DNA of 57,746 nucleotides, filler included, from Perkinsus olseni (Eukaryota): NCBI GenBank assembly GCA_013115125.1. It is 2 parts of 2 records of this genome, joined end to end, with 100 filler letters (N's around TTAATTAATTAA, not from the genome) between each part and the next. Parts side by side here need not be neighbours in the genome. Positions count along the whole stretch, not along the records: positions 28,991 to 57,746 come from JABANN010000442.1; 1 more part is not named here. One strand, 5' to 3'. Shown piece by piece: positions 40,272 to 49,799 of this stretch (position 1 is its first letter; each line of letters starts with the position of its first letter). The notes under the pieces were generated by a model. It saw only the letters and a program-made list of their open reading frames with translations, ran no database searches and was not told where the DNA came from. The position numbers and the translations under genes were made by a program.

Positions 40272-40763
40272 CGACTTTGCGGCCGCGGGTAACCGAGGAC
40301 CAAAAGTTCAGTCTGGAATACATTTAATGGAATACGTTAATTGGACTGGCCCAGTCCGAGTCACCCAGAGATAGCGGCACCTTGCACTGAGAGTGGGAAC
40401 AAAGTGAGGGGCTAATGTGGAGCTGGGCATACAGAGCATCTCTGTATTCGAACAACGCGGATCGCTTTGCTGGCATGAGCGCTTTAAGCGGTATATGTTG
40501 GTATGGCGGAGAGTCTCCGCTGGAGGCTGTTCCTGAGGCTGAGCAGGCGATGCCCTGCTCCTTACGAGAACGCTCTGGCTAGCAGCTAGCCGCTAGCTCG
40601 ATGGTAGCTCAGGCTCAGCCAGAACTGTCCAACAGCCAGACTGGCTGTCCGTCAGGTCGGTACTTTCAGGTTGAAGTTGATCAGGTATGCTGGCGAAGCG
40701 AGAACATCATTTCCCTCGGGATTCCTGTTTCGGGAAAAGCACCAGGAACGCTCCGCACAGAGA

Positions 40764-42893
40764 ATGCTCTCCCATGATCGCGTTGTCTTACTTTTCGTGC
40801 TGCGCTTGGTTGTTGTGTTTTCGGAGGGTTGGGGTGGCTTGATTGATAATCGGTCTTTGGTTGTCAGTTAGACTCCTGCCCGTTTGTAAAGATTAGATAT
40901 GAACGCATCTGAACTTTTCGTGTCGCGTGCGGTTGTCGTGTTGACAGTGCTCTGCTGTAACCGAGCAGTCGTCCTGATTTTTGAGGGTGGTACAGTAGCA
41001 TTGTAACAGTGCATTCTGTCATTCGTGTAGTTGGGGTACGACGGCAATGGTTGGGAACCTGTCGGCCATCTGCTCGGCGGTAGCAGCACTGTCCAAGACA
41101 CGTCACGACCTTGCTTGCCAGCGAGCGGGTGCACGCTTCGATGCGGGTCATTTTTTGTACGAATCTTGGACCAAGGTCTGGCAATTCATCCAGAGACCTT
41201 CAGCCAATGTCTTCTACTCCGATCCGCATGCGGTCTTGGATGATGCTGTCAGAGTCATCAATGCGTATGTTAAAAACGCACCTCAAGTGTAAGTGCATGC
41301 CGCTCGTTGAATACTCAGAGTGGTTTGCGGCGCGCAAAGCTTCGCATCCAATAGTCCAAATTTATTGAGGCGAAAATGTCAAGTGTGATAGAGTCTACCA
41401 CGTAGACTCCCGACGTTTGCGTTAGGGTGCTGCTCTGTGGTGACACCAAGTTGATGTTATCGAAAACATGATCGAAAGCTTCAAAATGTTTCAACATAGT
41501 CTCGAGCGAATCGGAATGGGTTGTACGAACTACCTTCGATAGTGAGGCATTCATCCGGAAAACTGACAACGAGAGACAATCAGGATATGAAGGCATTCCC
41601 GAGTCATCGAATTTTTCTCGTTGGAGCCCTATTCCGACACGCAGCAATATTCACGGCTTTGTAACCTTTACACAGCTGACACACTCCCTGGTACATGTTA
41701 GGTTCACGTCAAGTTCGATAGTAGAGGAGCTCAGGCTTGTAGGAGATGAGCCTAGTTGTATCTCCGCGAGCCTTCTGGCATACTATACGTGGCAGTACTG
41801 GGCGCCGGTGAATGTCGAAGAGACTCACACCGTCCGAGCAGGCCTACACTTGGTCAACCTTCTCTTGACGGATTGCGGGGAGACTCCAGGTTGGGCCGAC
41901 GCGTTCACGACTGGTCACCACATCTCGTTGTGGATAATTCACTACGCGCTGTATTCTCGAGTGCTACTGGAGTACATGGAGGGAGATCTCGCTAAACCAC
42001 CTGACCGCCAGCTTCCCATTGGCCAGGCGGACATCGCGTCCATCGTCAAAGCTGATTCGGTTCTTCTCACTGCATCTCGTCTACAACGACGTCACCTTGA
42101 GGAACCGAGTGAAGAGCTCGTCGTTGATCTCGGTATGGACCGAGGCCAAGACACGCTGTATTTTCTATCCCTCAATTACACCGTCCATGCGGTGGATGCT
42201 AATCCTACCGCGATTAGATCCCTTCACTTCAACAAGTGGTTCAAGCTCAAGGTTGCGCTAGGGGATATGGTACTGTATAATTTCGCCGTGGTTCGGAACG
42301 TTACGAAGGCAACGGCTGAAGTTTGTGAGCAGGAGTGGGAAATGAGTCACGTGCTGACCGATGGTGACTCTGGGCAGTGCAAGAAGGTCCAGAAGGTTAA
42401 GGCGGTGACGTGCGCGCAGTTGATACGCCGCGTTATCAGCTCTGGCGGTACGATACGGTTCATGAAGATAGACATTCAAGGTCATGATATAGACTGCCTA
42501 GCAACCTTCCATCTTATTCCCTTGCAACACAGGCCGCCTCTGCTCCAGGTAGAAGGCCCATTCGACACAGCTCAGAGTGTAATTAGTGCGATCGAGGCCC
42601 TCGAAGATCTTGGCTATGGTTCAAAGATGAAGGTGACCAACCAAATGTTATACTGCCCTCGGTTCGTCCCTTTTGGTTGTGCATCTGGACCCTCCCCTTC
42701 TGTGCAACAAGATGTCCTGACCGGGAGCTCAGCCTGGCGTCATGCCTCTGACCTCATTGCTGACGCTGAGAAGTATGCGGGTGCAAGCTCCGGTGGCATC
42801 TGGCTTGATTTCGTATGCGAACGGTCACGAACCATGTCTGGAAGAACAAGAAGTGTTCTGCAGTACAACAGCAATGCGCATGATGGAAGTTGA
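40764..42893 (+). CDS. FkbM-family methyltransferase with probable N-terminal signal/anchor; 5' exons tentative
   Basis: Long terminal exon 41808-42893 has LVVDLGMDRGQDTLYFL..VHAVDANP and IRFMKIDIQGHD. A hydrophobic first exon starts at 40764. Confidence 0.75.
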
Positions 42894-43033
42894 GCGTGTA
42901 CGGGCGAGCGAGATATCGATCGGATAGCGGCGGCAATCCAGTTGGCATATACGGTTGCGTTACCGTTGGTAATAATAGTCATCGTCCGTCAGTTGTTTGC
43001 TCTCTCCAGGCGCCATTGACGAAGCTGAGTTTA

Positions 43034-44340
43034 ATGTCGAACCCCAACATGACGATGTCAGAGCGGGTTGCCAAAGGAGCCCGCCAGATTGGCGAGGCCA
43101 TAAAGGCAGTCCAGGCGGACGAGGATCTCTGGGCTAGAGTGGAGACGGAGTTGGCGGGGGAGGGGAGCGAGATCAAGACTTATGGGGATGTTGCGTTCAT
43201 CCACCCGAGAGACATAGTGAGGTGTCTGGAGGCTCTCGAGAACCCCCTGGAGAAGTCCAGGGTCAGTATGTTGTAGGTCCCACCGAGTGTTACAAGATTG
43301 CAAGGGTCCAAGCGGGACCGAGATAGTTTCTGGCAATGCAACACTCGGAGGGTGCATGTCTCTGATCGCCAGGGCGGGATGAATTGCGTTAGCAATTTAG
43401 TTTGGGCGGGACACCGAAGAGCAGCGGCAGTTGTATGTTACGTAACCTTTCATCTACGGTGTCTTTTCGTTGTCGCTGAGCTGGGGTGGGATCTTGCTCT
43501 CTTACAAACTCCTAAACGCTCAAGTTTTTCGTTTCTAGCGCTCGCCCAACTGTCCTCGCACGCCCACGCTCAGACCCGTCTTACAGTTTGACCCGTAATG
43601 CCTAAGTACTACTGCGAATACTGTGATATCTTCCTTGCACATAGCAGTTTTTTCGGCAGGAAGCAGCACTGCACTGGACGGAAACACATACAGAATAAAA
43701 TAGAGTAAGCCAGACCCCCTAACTAAGATGTTTCGCGGCTCAATTGTGGTTAGAAATCGTCCGATGCACATGTCGCAGTTTCTGACGGCAGTGCATCCTT
43801 ACTCTCGAATATGGTTTCCCGAGCATTTATTTCCGGCTGAGGTTCTATCCCCATGTCAGACACTTTCTTACGAGATAGTGGGATCGTCGTCGGAATTGTG
43901 AGTCTGTAAGGTGTGTCGTCTCCAAGAGCCTTTTCACTATTTCGTCTGCTCAGCTACTCCACCGACTTGATCAAAGAAGGCATTATTCACGCGCCGAATT
44001 ACGACGGAACGCCGGAAGCTGAAAGTAGTCGGGGAACCATGGTGGTTAGACCGGTGCCGCCGGCGGCTCCCTCCGGTCTTTCCTGCCGTTTAATCAAGTA
44101 GTAAATTTCGTTCTCAGGATTCGGCCCCGTGACGTATCCATCCGCAGAGCCACCAGTAGCTGCACCAGCTCATCCTTACGCGTTCGGCAAAGGATTCGGA
44201 ATGGGGAAAGGTATCTTCTTCGGCAAAGGGTTCGGTGGTAAGCTAGTAGCTAACCATTGCTAGCCTCAAGTTGTCCGACCTCAGGTTTTCCTTTCCGCCC
44301 AGGCGCGCTGCCTATGCCTCCGGTGCCGGGGAGCTTCTCA
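43034..44340 (+). CDS. Hypothetical multi-exon protein ending in Pro/Gly-rich GKG repeats; 3' end appears cut
   Basis: Exon 43034-43261 and 3' exons GFGPVTYP...[20 protein letters not shown] / [17 protein letters not shown] with GTAAG/CAG borders. That these belong to one gene is not established. Confidence 0.4.
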
Positions 44341-46210
44341 TAGTCTCTCATTTCTTCTCCCCACGTGTAGCTATTGCGTTGTAACTGTTGCTGGACCAGG
44401 CCGAAGGAGCACATGTTCTCGAATCGTTCTTTGGGTCTGAGAATCGCTGTAGGTCTATGACAGTAGGTCTGTAACGAACCACTGCTAACTTCGGGTATAG
44501 CGGAAAAATCACCGGTGTGTTCAGCGCTTGTTAAACTTGTGGAAGTAACTTCTCTCTCTTCTACCATTCCACGTTTTTGGAGTAAGTTAGATAACCTCTT
44601 TTCGCATAACGCTATCCAATCTCCATAAGGCATGCGTAGCTCCAATAGTTCCAGCTTTAATGTCGATACTTCTCTATCACCGGCAAGTAGCGTAGGACCA
44701 ATAGACCGGATATCACCAATATCCAAAGGATAAAGTCCTGATTCAGACAACTCTAAGTTCTTCTGTAAAGCATCGCTTCTTAGTCGTTTGCGTAGCATAT
44801 CAGTACATTGAATACTGCCCTTATTGATTCCATCCGTTGTCCATTGTGTTGATGTTATAGACGTAGAATCGTATGAAGGTCTAAGTGAGTCATTGTTCAC
44901 ACCACATACCGCTTTCTTCTCATATGGAACCAGGGCCACTTCAGATAAGTTGTCCACGGGGCTGGTGTCGTTGTCCTCCAAAGCCAGCGTTTGTTCGGGT
45001 AATGCAGGGGATCCAGCAGCTTCCACTTCTATATCCATTGTTCCCTCATCATCATCGGTATCCACATCAGGTTCCACAACAGCGTCGACTATACGGCTTT
45101 GCATATGGATACCATTACGTAATCTCAATGGTCGCTCTTCTGTATCAGGATTAGGAACATGAATTGTATCATTCGGATCTCCGGAATCCATATCCATATC
45201 CACATTCATATCCATATTTATATCCATATCCACGACTTCATCACTCGGATCTGCGACATTGTAAGAGTCATATTGATCTGTTCCGCCATCTGAGTCGACA
45301 CTTCTGAGAAAGTATCCATCATTATCCACATTGTGGTTCTCGTCATTGGACAAACGTTCAACAAGTTGCTCGGCCGACAACGGTACTGGATTCCCTAGTA
45401 CGTCAGTATTAGACCCACCATAAAATACCGATATGGGTAGTTGTTGTCTTCTTGATCGCCCCCCGCGATATATATATACAATAGGGGTATCGTCATCTGG
45501 GTTCTCGGCTTCATTCCGGGACATGTTGATTGGAGAATTGTGAAATCTACCCCGAGGGGCCAGTTTCCATAGCTTTGTGTAATGTGTCTCCACTTGCTGG
45601 GGATCCAGTCGAGGAGGCTCGTGCCGTGTTCGGGTTCGGGTTCTCGGTTTTCCAAATGTGGATTGCGCCACCCTCCTTGTCAGAATAACTCACCAGATCT
45701 CATACAAGGGAACACTTCTGTGTGTATATAATTAAAAAACTCAAGTCCAAAATCTGTACTATAATTAATAGGGATGTGATCGTTAGAGGAAAGTTCTATT
45801 TCTGTACTCTTCGTTGCTGGAAATAAAGTCAGATAGCTCCACGGATATCTGTTATGCTCGTTAGTGACATTAAACTGCCTTTTTTTCACCTGAAGAAGAC
45901 ACAACTAACTGTATCACTCATATTGTTAATCTATCGTTTACCATTAGGAGATCCATGTTCTTCCCAGAACTTGTTGGACTTCTTCTTTCTCTTGTTCTTA
46001 CCGTCCTGCTCAGCTCCTCCTCCATCATGTTGCTCCTCACCTGTTCCTTCTAAGTGGTCTTGTTCTGTGGGAGGATTGGGACTTGTAGATGAAGGCCATT
46101 TACGTTTTCCACCATCTCCGCCCCCAGTATTATGTGTATCGACGTAGAAAGGAGAGTCGTCGTATTTAGTACCACTAATGAAATAACCATCGTACGCGTG
46201 GATAACCTGG
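44250..46210 (-). CDS. Acidic low-complexity hypothetical protein in an AT-richer block (long exon 44250-45671 plus upstream exons)
   Basis: 473-codon open frame with a DMDINMDMNVDMDMD repeat. Upstream pieces 45680-45904 and 45931-46210 have splice-like borders. Confidence 0.5.
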
Positions 46211-46267
46211 CTGCCAGGAGAAAGGCTAGAGGAGAAAGGCTCTCCTCTTTCTAGCAGGGGACATTGA

Positions 46268-49198
46268 ATGCGTCGGATAAAAGATGTTCCACGACCGAGA
46301 ATTGAACGCGGGTCTCCTTTCACTCCGGTATTCAACCCGGACCCTGCAATTTTGACCTGTCCAGGTTGTGGGCAGCGGGGAGTACTCAATCGAAAAAGTC
46401 TTTCCACACTCAAGGTCTTCATAGCCCCGGGGTATCGAGGATACATCTTTGGTGTTCGAGTGGCGTGTGTGAGGGGAAAATGTGGCGGTAAGGTGTGGTC
46501 CACGAACTCGTCAGAGTTCCTCAGTGCCCAAGACGCCGCAGTGAAAGATCTATACCCAAGTCGGCTCCCGAGAGACGCAACGTCGCACGTCATCGATGAC
46601 AAAATTCTCGCTCGAGTGGGTCGCTACGCAGTGGGCGGGGACGCGAACTTCACGAGACTTGCTGAGGCGCTGGCAGAGGAAGATTGGGTCGAGTATATGA
46701 AAGCGGGGCGGAAATATCGCAGGTGGGTTAGCACGTGGAGGCAGTCGGCAGTGGGCGCCCCGCAGGGAATCGAGGCACCAGCGTGGCTCAGCTTCGATGA
46801 GTACTTTCATAACGCGTACCTTGGTCCGGCACAGCTTCGCGAGGTATTCGTAGAAATCTCTCAGAATCGTCGGTCTTATATAAAAGGATGTTTGATGCAA
46901 GGGGACCAACCTGGGATCGGGAGCGTCCTACGGATAGATGCAAAATACATTCATAATTGTAGCACAGGCATACCCCGAGTTCACGTCGGAGTGATGAATG
47001 AGCAGGGTATGCTTCTTTCACACGTGATGCTAGATACTGATAACTCACATGATTTGAGGGGGATGGTAGATGGGCTAGCTATTCAGTATAAGGGGAGAGA
47101 GGAGGACTTGAAGGTCGTGTATCTAGATAAGGGGTGTTGCTCATGTGAGTACAAGGAGCTGTTCGGCAGAATAAATCCATCAGTGGAGTTGCGGTTGGAT
47201 CTCTTTCATTGGGAGAGGAGGATAGAGCAGTACGTTCAGAGGTATCATCCGATAAGGACGAGCTTTTTCTCTGCGCTCCGTCAATGCGTGTTCTGTATTA
47301 ATAGTGAGGATGAGGCGCGAGTTCTCGATGCCATCCGAGGGACCGGGAGGTGGACCGAGCGATTGACGAGGCGTGAGTACTCTCGTTACGTCCGCAAGAC
47401 CATTCCTCCCCCGGATATACTCTGCCCTCGACTAGAAGCTTTCTACGCTTATTATACTCAACTCAACGAACAGCTTCGATCCACGGGCGAGCAGTTCCTG
47501 TTGGACGGATTCGACGCGCAATGGTCGGAAAACATATCTCATGCCACTGCCGGCTGCCTCAGCGACCATCCAGACGTTCCTCTGCACGCGGAAGCTGGCC
47601 AAGATCATATTGGCGACTCTATCCTACCCGTTTGGCGCACTTCCAGATCTACATCCCAACTGGAGGGATACCACGCTTCACTGTCGAAGGCATGTAAGGG
47701 GAGCCGTTTAGGGGCGGACCTCCTCAATGCTATTGTCCATGAAGCGGCTGCGAGCTGGAATCGCCGAGCCTTCGCTAGGGAGCGATCGGATATTTGCCCC
47801 ATAACAGATGTGAAGGAGTGGGGCGAGTTCCAGCGCGCGATGAGTAGCCTGATGCCAGCGGCCCACTCGGCTGGCGTACAATATCAGGGCACGCATGCTC
47901 TGAGTCACTTGGCTTTTGGATTAGATTATACCAGCGCCCTTCATCGTGAAAAGCTGCTGGACCATGTAACTCAGGAGAATGCCGAAGCCATGGCGCTGGT
48001 CGCTTCCATGAACAAGCACGGATCCTCCTCATCCAGCAGCTCGACTGCTCTGCCTTGCCAAGATGGGATCGTAGAGAGTGTTCCGGAGTCTCCGGATGGG
48101 GAAGGGTGTTGCGATGATATTGAACCATGGGGGATTGACGGCAGTGGAGGTGATGTGATAGACTCCGAGGCTATCGCTGAGATGTTACAAAATAGTAGCA
48201 TTGGCAGTGGAGCGAGCCGTCCGAGAGCCAGCGGTGACCTGCGCCGTCAGTCTGCGAAATTCCGTGGTTCGATATTCAAGGCCCACTGCCCCCTCGCTAA
48301 TGCTCGTTCCGCCACCCTGTTCCGAGATTTAAATGCGAAATACCATCGGTTGGAGGTTGCTGATCGCTCTGTTCGAATTTGGGCGGAGTTCGAACTGCAG
48401 CGCAACATCGAGGCGCAAGCTGTCAAGGATTCACCTGGTGTGTTACCTTCTTCCGAAAGAATTGCGAAGACAAGCATCACCTGGTGTATGAAAGCATTGC
48501 GCCGACTGGAAGCATCCAAAGACGGAAACGACGTGAGCGGGGGTGGACCTGCGGTTCCCCGCGTCGAGTTCGACCCTGAAGGACGTGAATTTCAATTGGC
48601 TCCCTCCATCGGGGCCCTCGAAGAGATGGACGAGCATATCAGAGCGACGCCGGAGGCCGTTGACATCACTCCCGCTGCACGAGAGAAGCTTTGGAGAGAG
48701 GTTGCCCTGGAACTTCAGCAGAAGATTCGCATGAAGGCCTTGTACATCCCTCGTGGAACCAAGACGTGCTCAAATTGTGGGGTCCCTTTCCAGGTCCCCA
48801 GTTCCGCCGACCTTGGCATACTTGGGACGAGCCAAAGCCACCCTTGCATCCCAGGCTATAAGATGTATAGATACTGCCCGCTTACAATCCACCCAGACGT
48901 GCAAGGATATCTAAGCCTAGAAGAGTATAAGAAGCTAGTCCTCCCCGACAAGCAGTCAAAAACACGAGCTCGTAAACGCGCCCGAGAAGAGACTCTGTGC
49001 CCGAGGTGTGGAGATCCGCTTGCGGAGACACACCTGCCGTTGAGCTCAGACGGTTACACTGTATACTGGTGCCCTGTTTTGGATGGCAGTCGTTGGACAT
49101 TCGAGAAGTGGCGAGACACCCCGGGGCTTGGACCGAGGAGGCTAGCGATGGTGAAGCGGAATGCAGCCGGGGCTACGAAGAAGCTCAGGTCTTCTTGA
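46268..49198 (+). CDS. Dada-like DDE transposase (intact 976-codon ORF)
   Basis: N-terminal CPGC...C...C region. Candidate catalytic residues D224 (VLRID), D287 (YLDKGCC), DxxH 311-314 (LDLFH) and E466 (RSTSQLEGYH), plus GCLSD. Two Cys/His knuckles at the C-terminus. Confidence 0.85.
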   Translation: MRRIKDVPRPRIERGSPFTPVFNPDPAILTCPGCGQRGVLNRKSLSTLKVFIAPGYRGYIFGVRVACVRGKCGGKVWSTNSSEFLSAQDAAVKDLYPSRLPRDATSHVIDDKILARVGRYAVGGDANFTRLAEALAEEDWVEYMKAGRKYRRWVSTWRQSAVGAPQGIEAPAWLSFDEYFHNAYLGPAQLREVFVEISQNRRSYIKGCLMQGDQPGIGSVLRIDAKYIHNCSTGIPRVHVGVMNEQGMLLSHVMLDTDNSHDLRGMVDGLAIQYKGREEDLKVVYLDKGCCSCEYKELFGRINPSVELRLDLFHWERRIEQYVQRYHPIRTSFFSALRQCVFCINSEDEARVLDAIRGTGRWTERLTRREYSRYVRKTIPPPDILCPRLEAFYAYYTQLNEQLRSTGEQFLLDGFDAQWSENISHATAGCLSDHPDVPLHAEAGQDHIGDSILPVWRTSRSTSQLEGYHASLSKACKGSRLGADLLNAIVHEAAASWNRRAFARERSDICPITDVKEWGEFQRAMSSLMPAAHSAGVQYQGTHALSHLAFGLDYTSALHREKLLDHVTQENAEAMALVASMNKHGSSSSSSSTALPCQDGIVESVPESPDGEGCCDDIEPWGIDGSGGDVIDSEAIAEMLQNSSIGSGASRPRASGDLRRQSAKFRGSIFKAHCPLANARSATLFRDLNAKYHRLEVADRSVRIWAEFELQRNIEAQAVKDSPGVLPSSERIAKTSITWCMKALRRLEASKDGNDVSGGGPAVPRVEFDPEGREFQLAPSIGALEEMDEHIRATPEAVDITPAAREKLWREVALELQQKIRMKALYIPRGTKTCSNCGVPFQVPSSADLGILGTSQSHPCIPGYKMYRYCPLTIHPDVQGYLSLEEYKKLVLPDKQSKTRARKRAREETLCPRCGDPLAETHLPLSSDGYTVYWCPVLDGSRWTFEKWRDTPGLGPRRLAMVKRNAAGATKKLRSS
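46287..46318 (-). tRNA. 3' half of split tRNA-Asp(GTC): variable loop, T-arm and 3' acceptor strand, followed by a TTTT terminator
   Basis: Minus strand reads AGG AGAC CCGCG TTCAATT CTCGG TCGTGGA A CATC TTTT. TCGTGGA pairs at all 7 positions (2 G-U) with TCCGCGG of the 5' half at 49531-49525. Confidence 0.85.
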
Positions 49199-49486
49199 TG
49201 ACCGAGCCTTGATCGCTGATTATATGCATGTTACTGATGAAATACGAGTGTAGTCAAACATCCGGCTTTGTGCAAAGTCTATATCGCAGGCACATACAAT
49301 CACAGACTTGTGATTAATTGAGGCTTTCTCTATTAAGGACCCGTCGGATGACTTGTGTTGCACTATCCTTCTTCCTCCTCCCCTTTTCCTCTTTCTTTTC
49401 CTCTTCCCTTCCTCCCCTCCCCCTTTTCCTTCCTTCTTTTCATTTTTTCTTTTCCCCCTTTTCTGGGACAACCTTTTCCCCCAGCC
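46319..49486 (+). mobile_element. Dada-like tRNA-targeting DNA transposon, 3,168 bp, no TIRs, flanked by a CTCCT duplication
   Basis: Lies exactly between the two tRNA-Asp halves. CTCCT occurs at 46314-46318 and 49487-49491. Removing the element and one copy rebuilds a cloverleaf. Confidence 0.85.
49366..49484 (+). promoter_or_regulatory. Long polypyrimidine tract ending in CCCCCAG (3' splice/trans-splice acceptor-like) at the element's right terminus
   Basis: About 115 nt almost entirely C/T, with AG at 49483-49484, 2 nt from the target duplication. Confidence 0.6.
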
Positions 49487-49531
49487 CTCCTGCGTGACAG
49501 GCAGGAATACTAACAACTATACTACCGCGGA
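49487..49531 (-). tRNA. 5' half of split tRNA-Asp(GTC): 5' acceptor strand, D-arm and anticodon arm
   Basis: Minus strand reads TCCGCGG TA GTAT AGTTGTTA GTAT T CCTGC CT GTC AC GCAGG AG. The 5-bp anticodon stem is perfect and the anticodon is at 49498-49496. Confidence 0.9.
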
Positions 49532-49799
49532 CTTGCTCTATTATCAATTTATTGATCTTGGGTAAGATTTTGCACATTTTTGCTGCACTTCTCCCTATTT
49601 GGCGTCGCGTACGCGTACGTATCTGGTTTCATTCGCCTCCGTCTGCTGCTAAGAGAATGCCGGAGCACTCCATCCTTGCGGATGCTATTCGTCTAGCATC
49701 TACCACTGGCAGGAACCAAACAGGAGGGAGACGATGGATGAAGCTCTGGAGTCAAGAGTGAGGTAATAAGACCGTGAGTCGTACATTCACAGATATCGC

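Noticed and set aside
45186-45232. ATATCC-type microsatellite
   Set aside because: Explained as the coding low-complexity DMDMD run of the minus-strand ORF.
49220-49516. Lys/Arg/Gly-rich minus-strand ORF
   Set aside because: It is only the translation of the purine strand of the polypyrimidine tract plus tRNA sequence.
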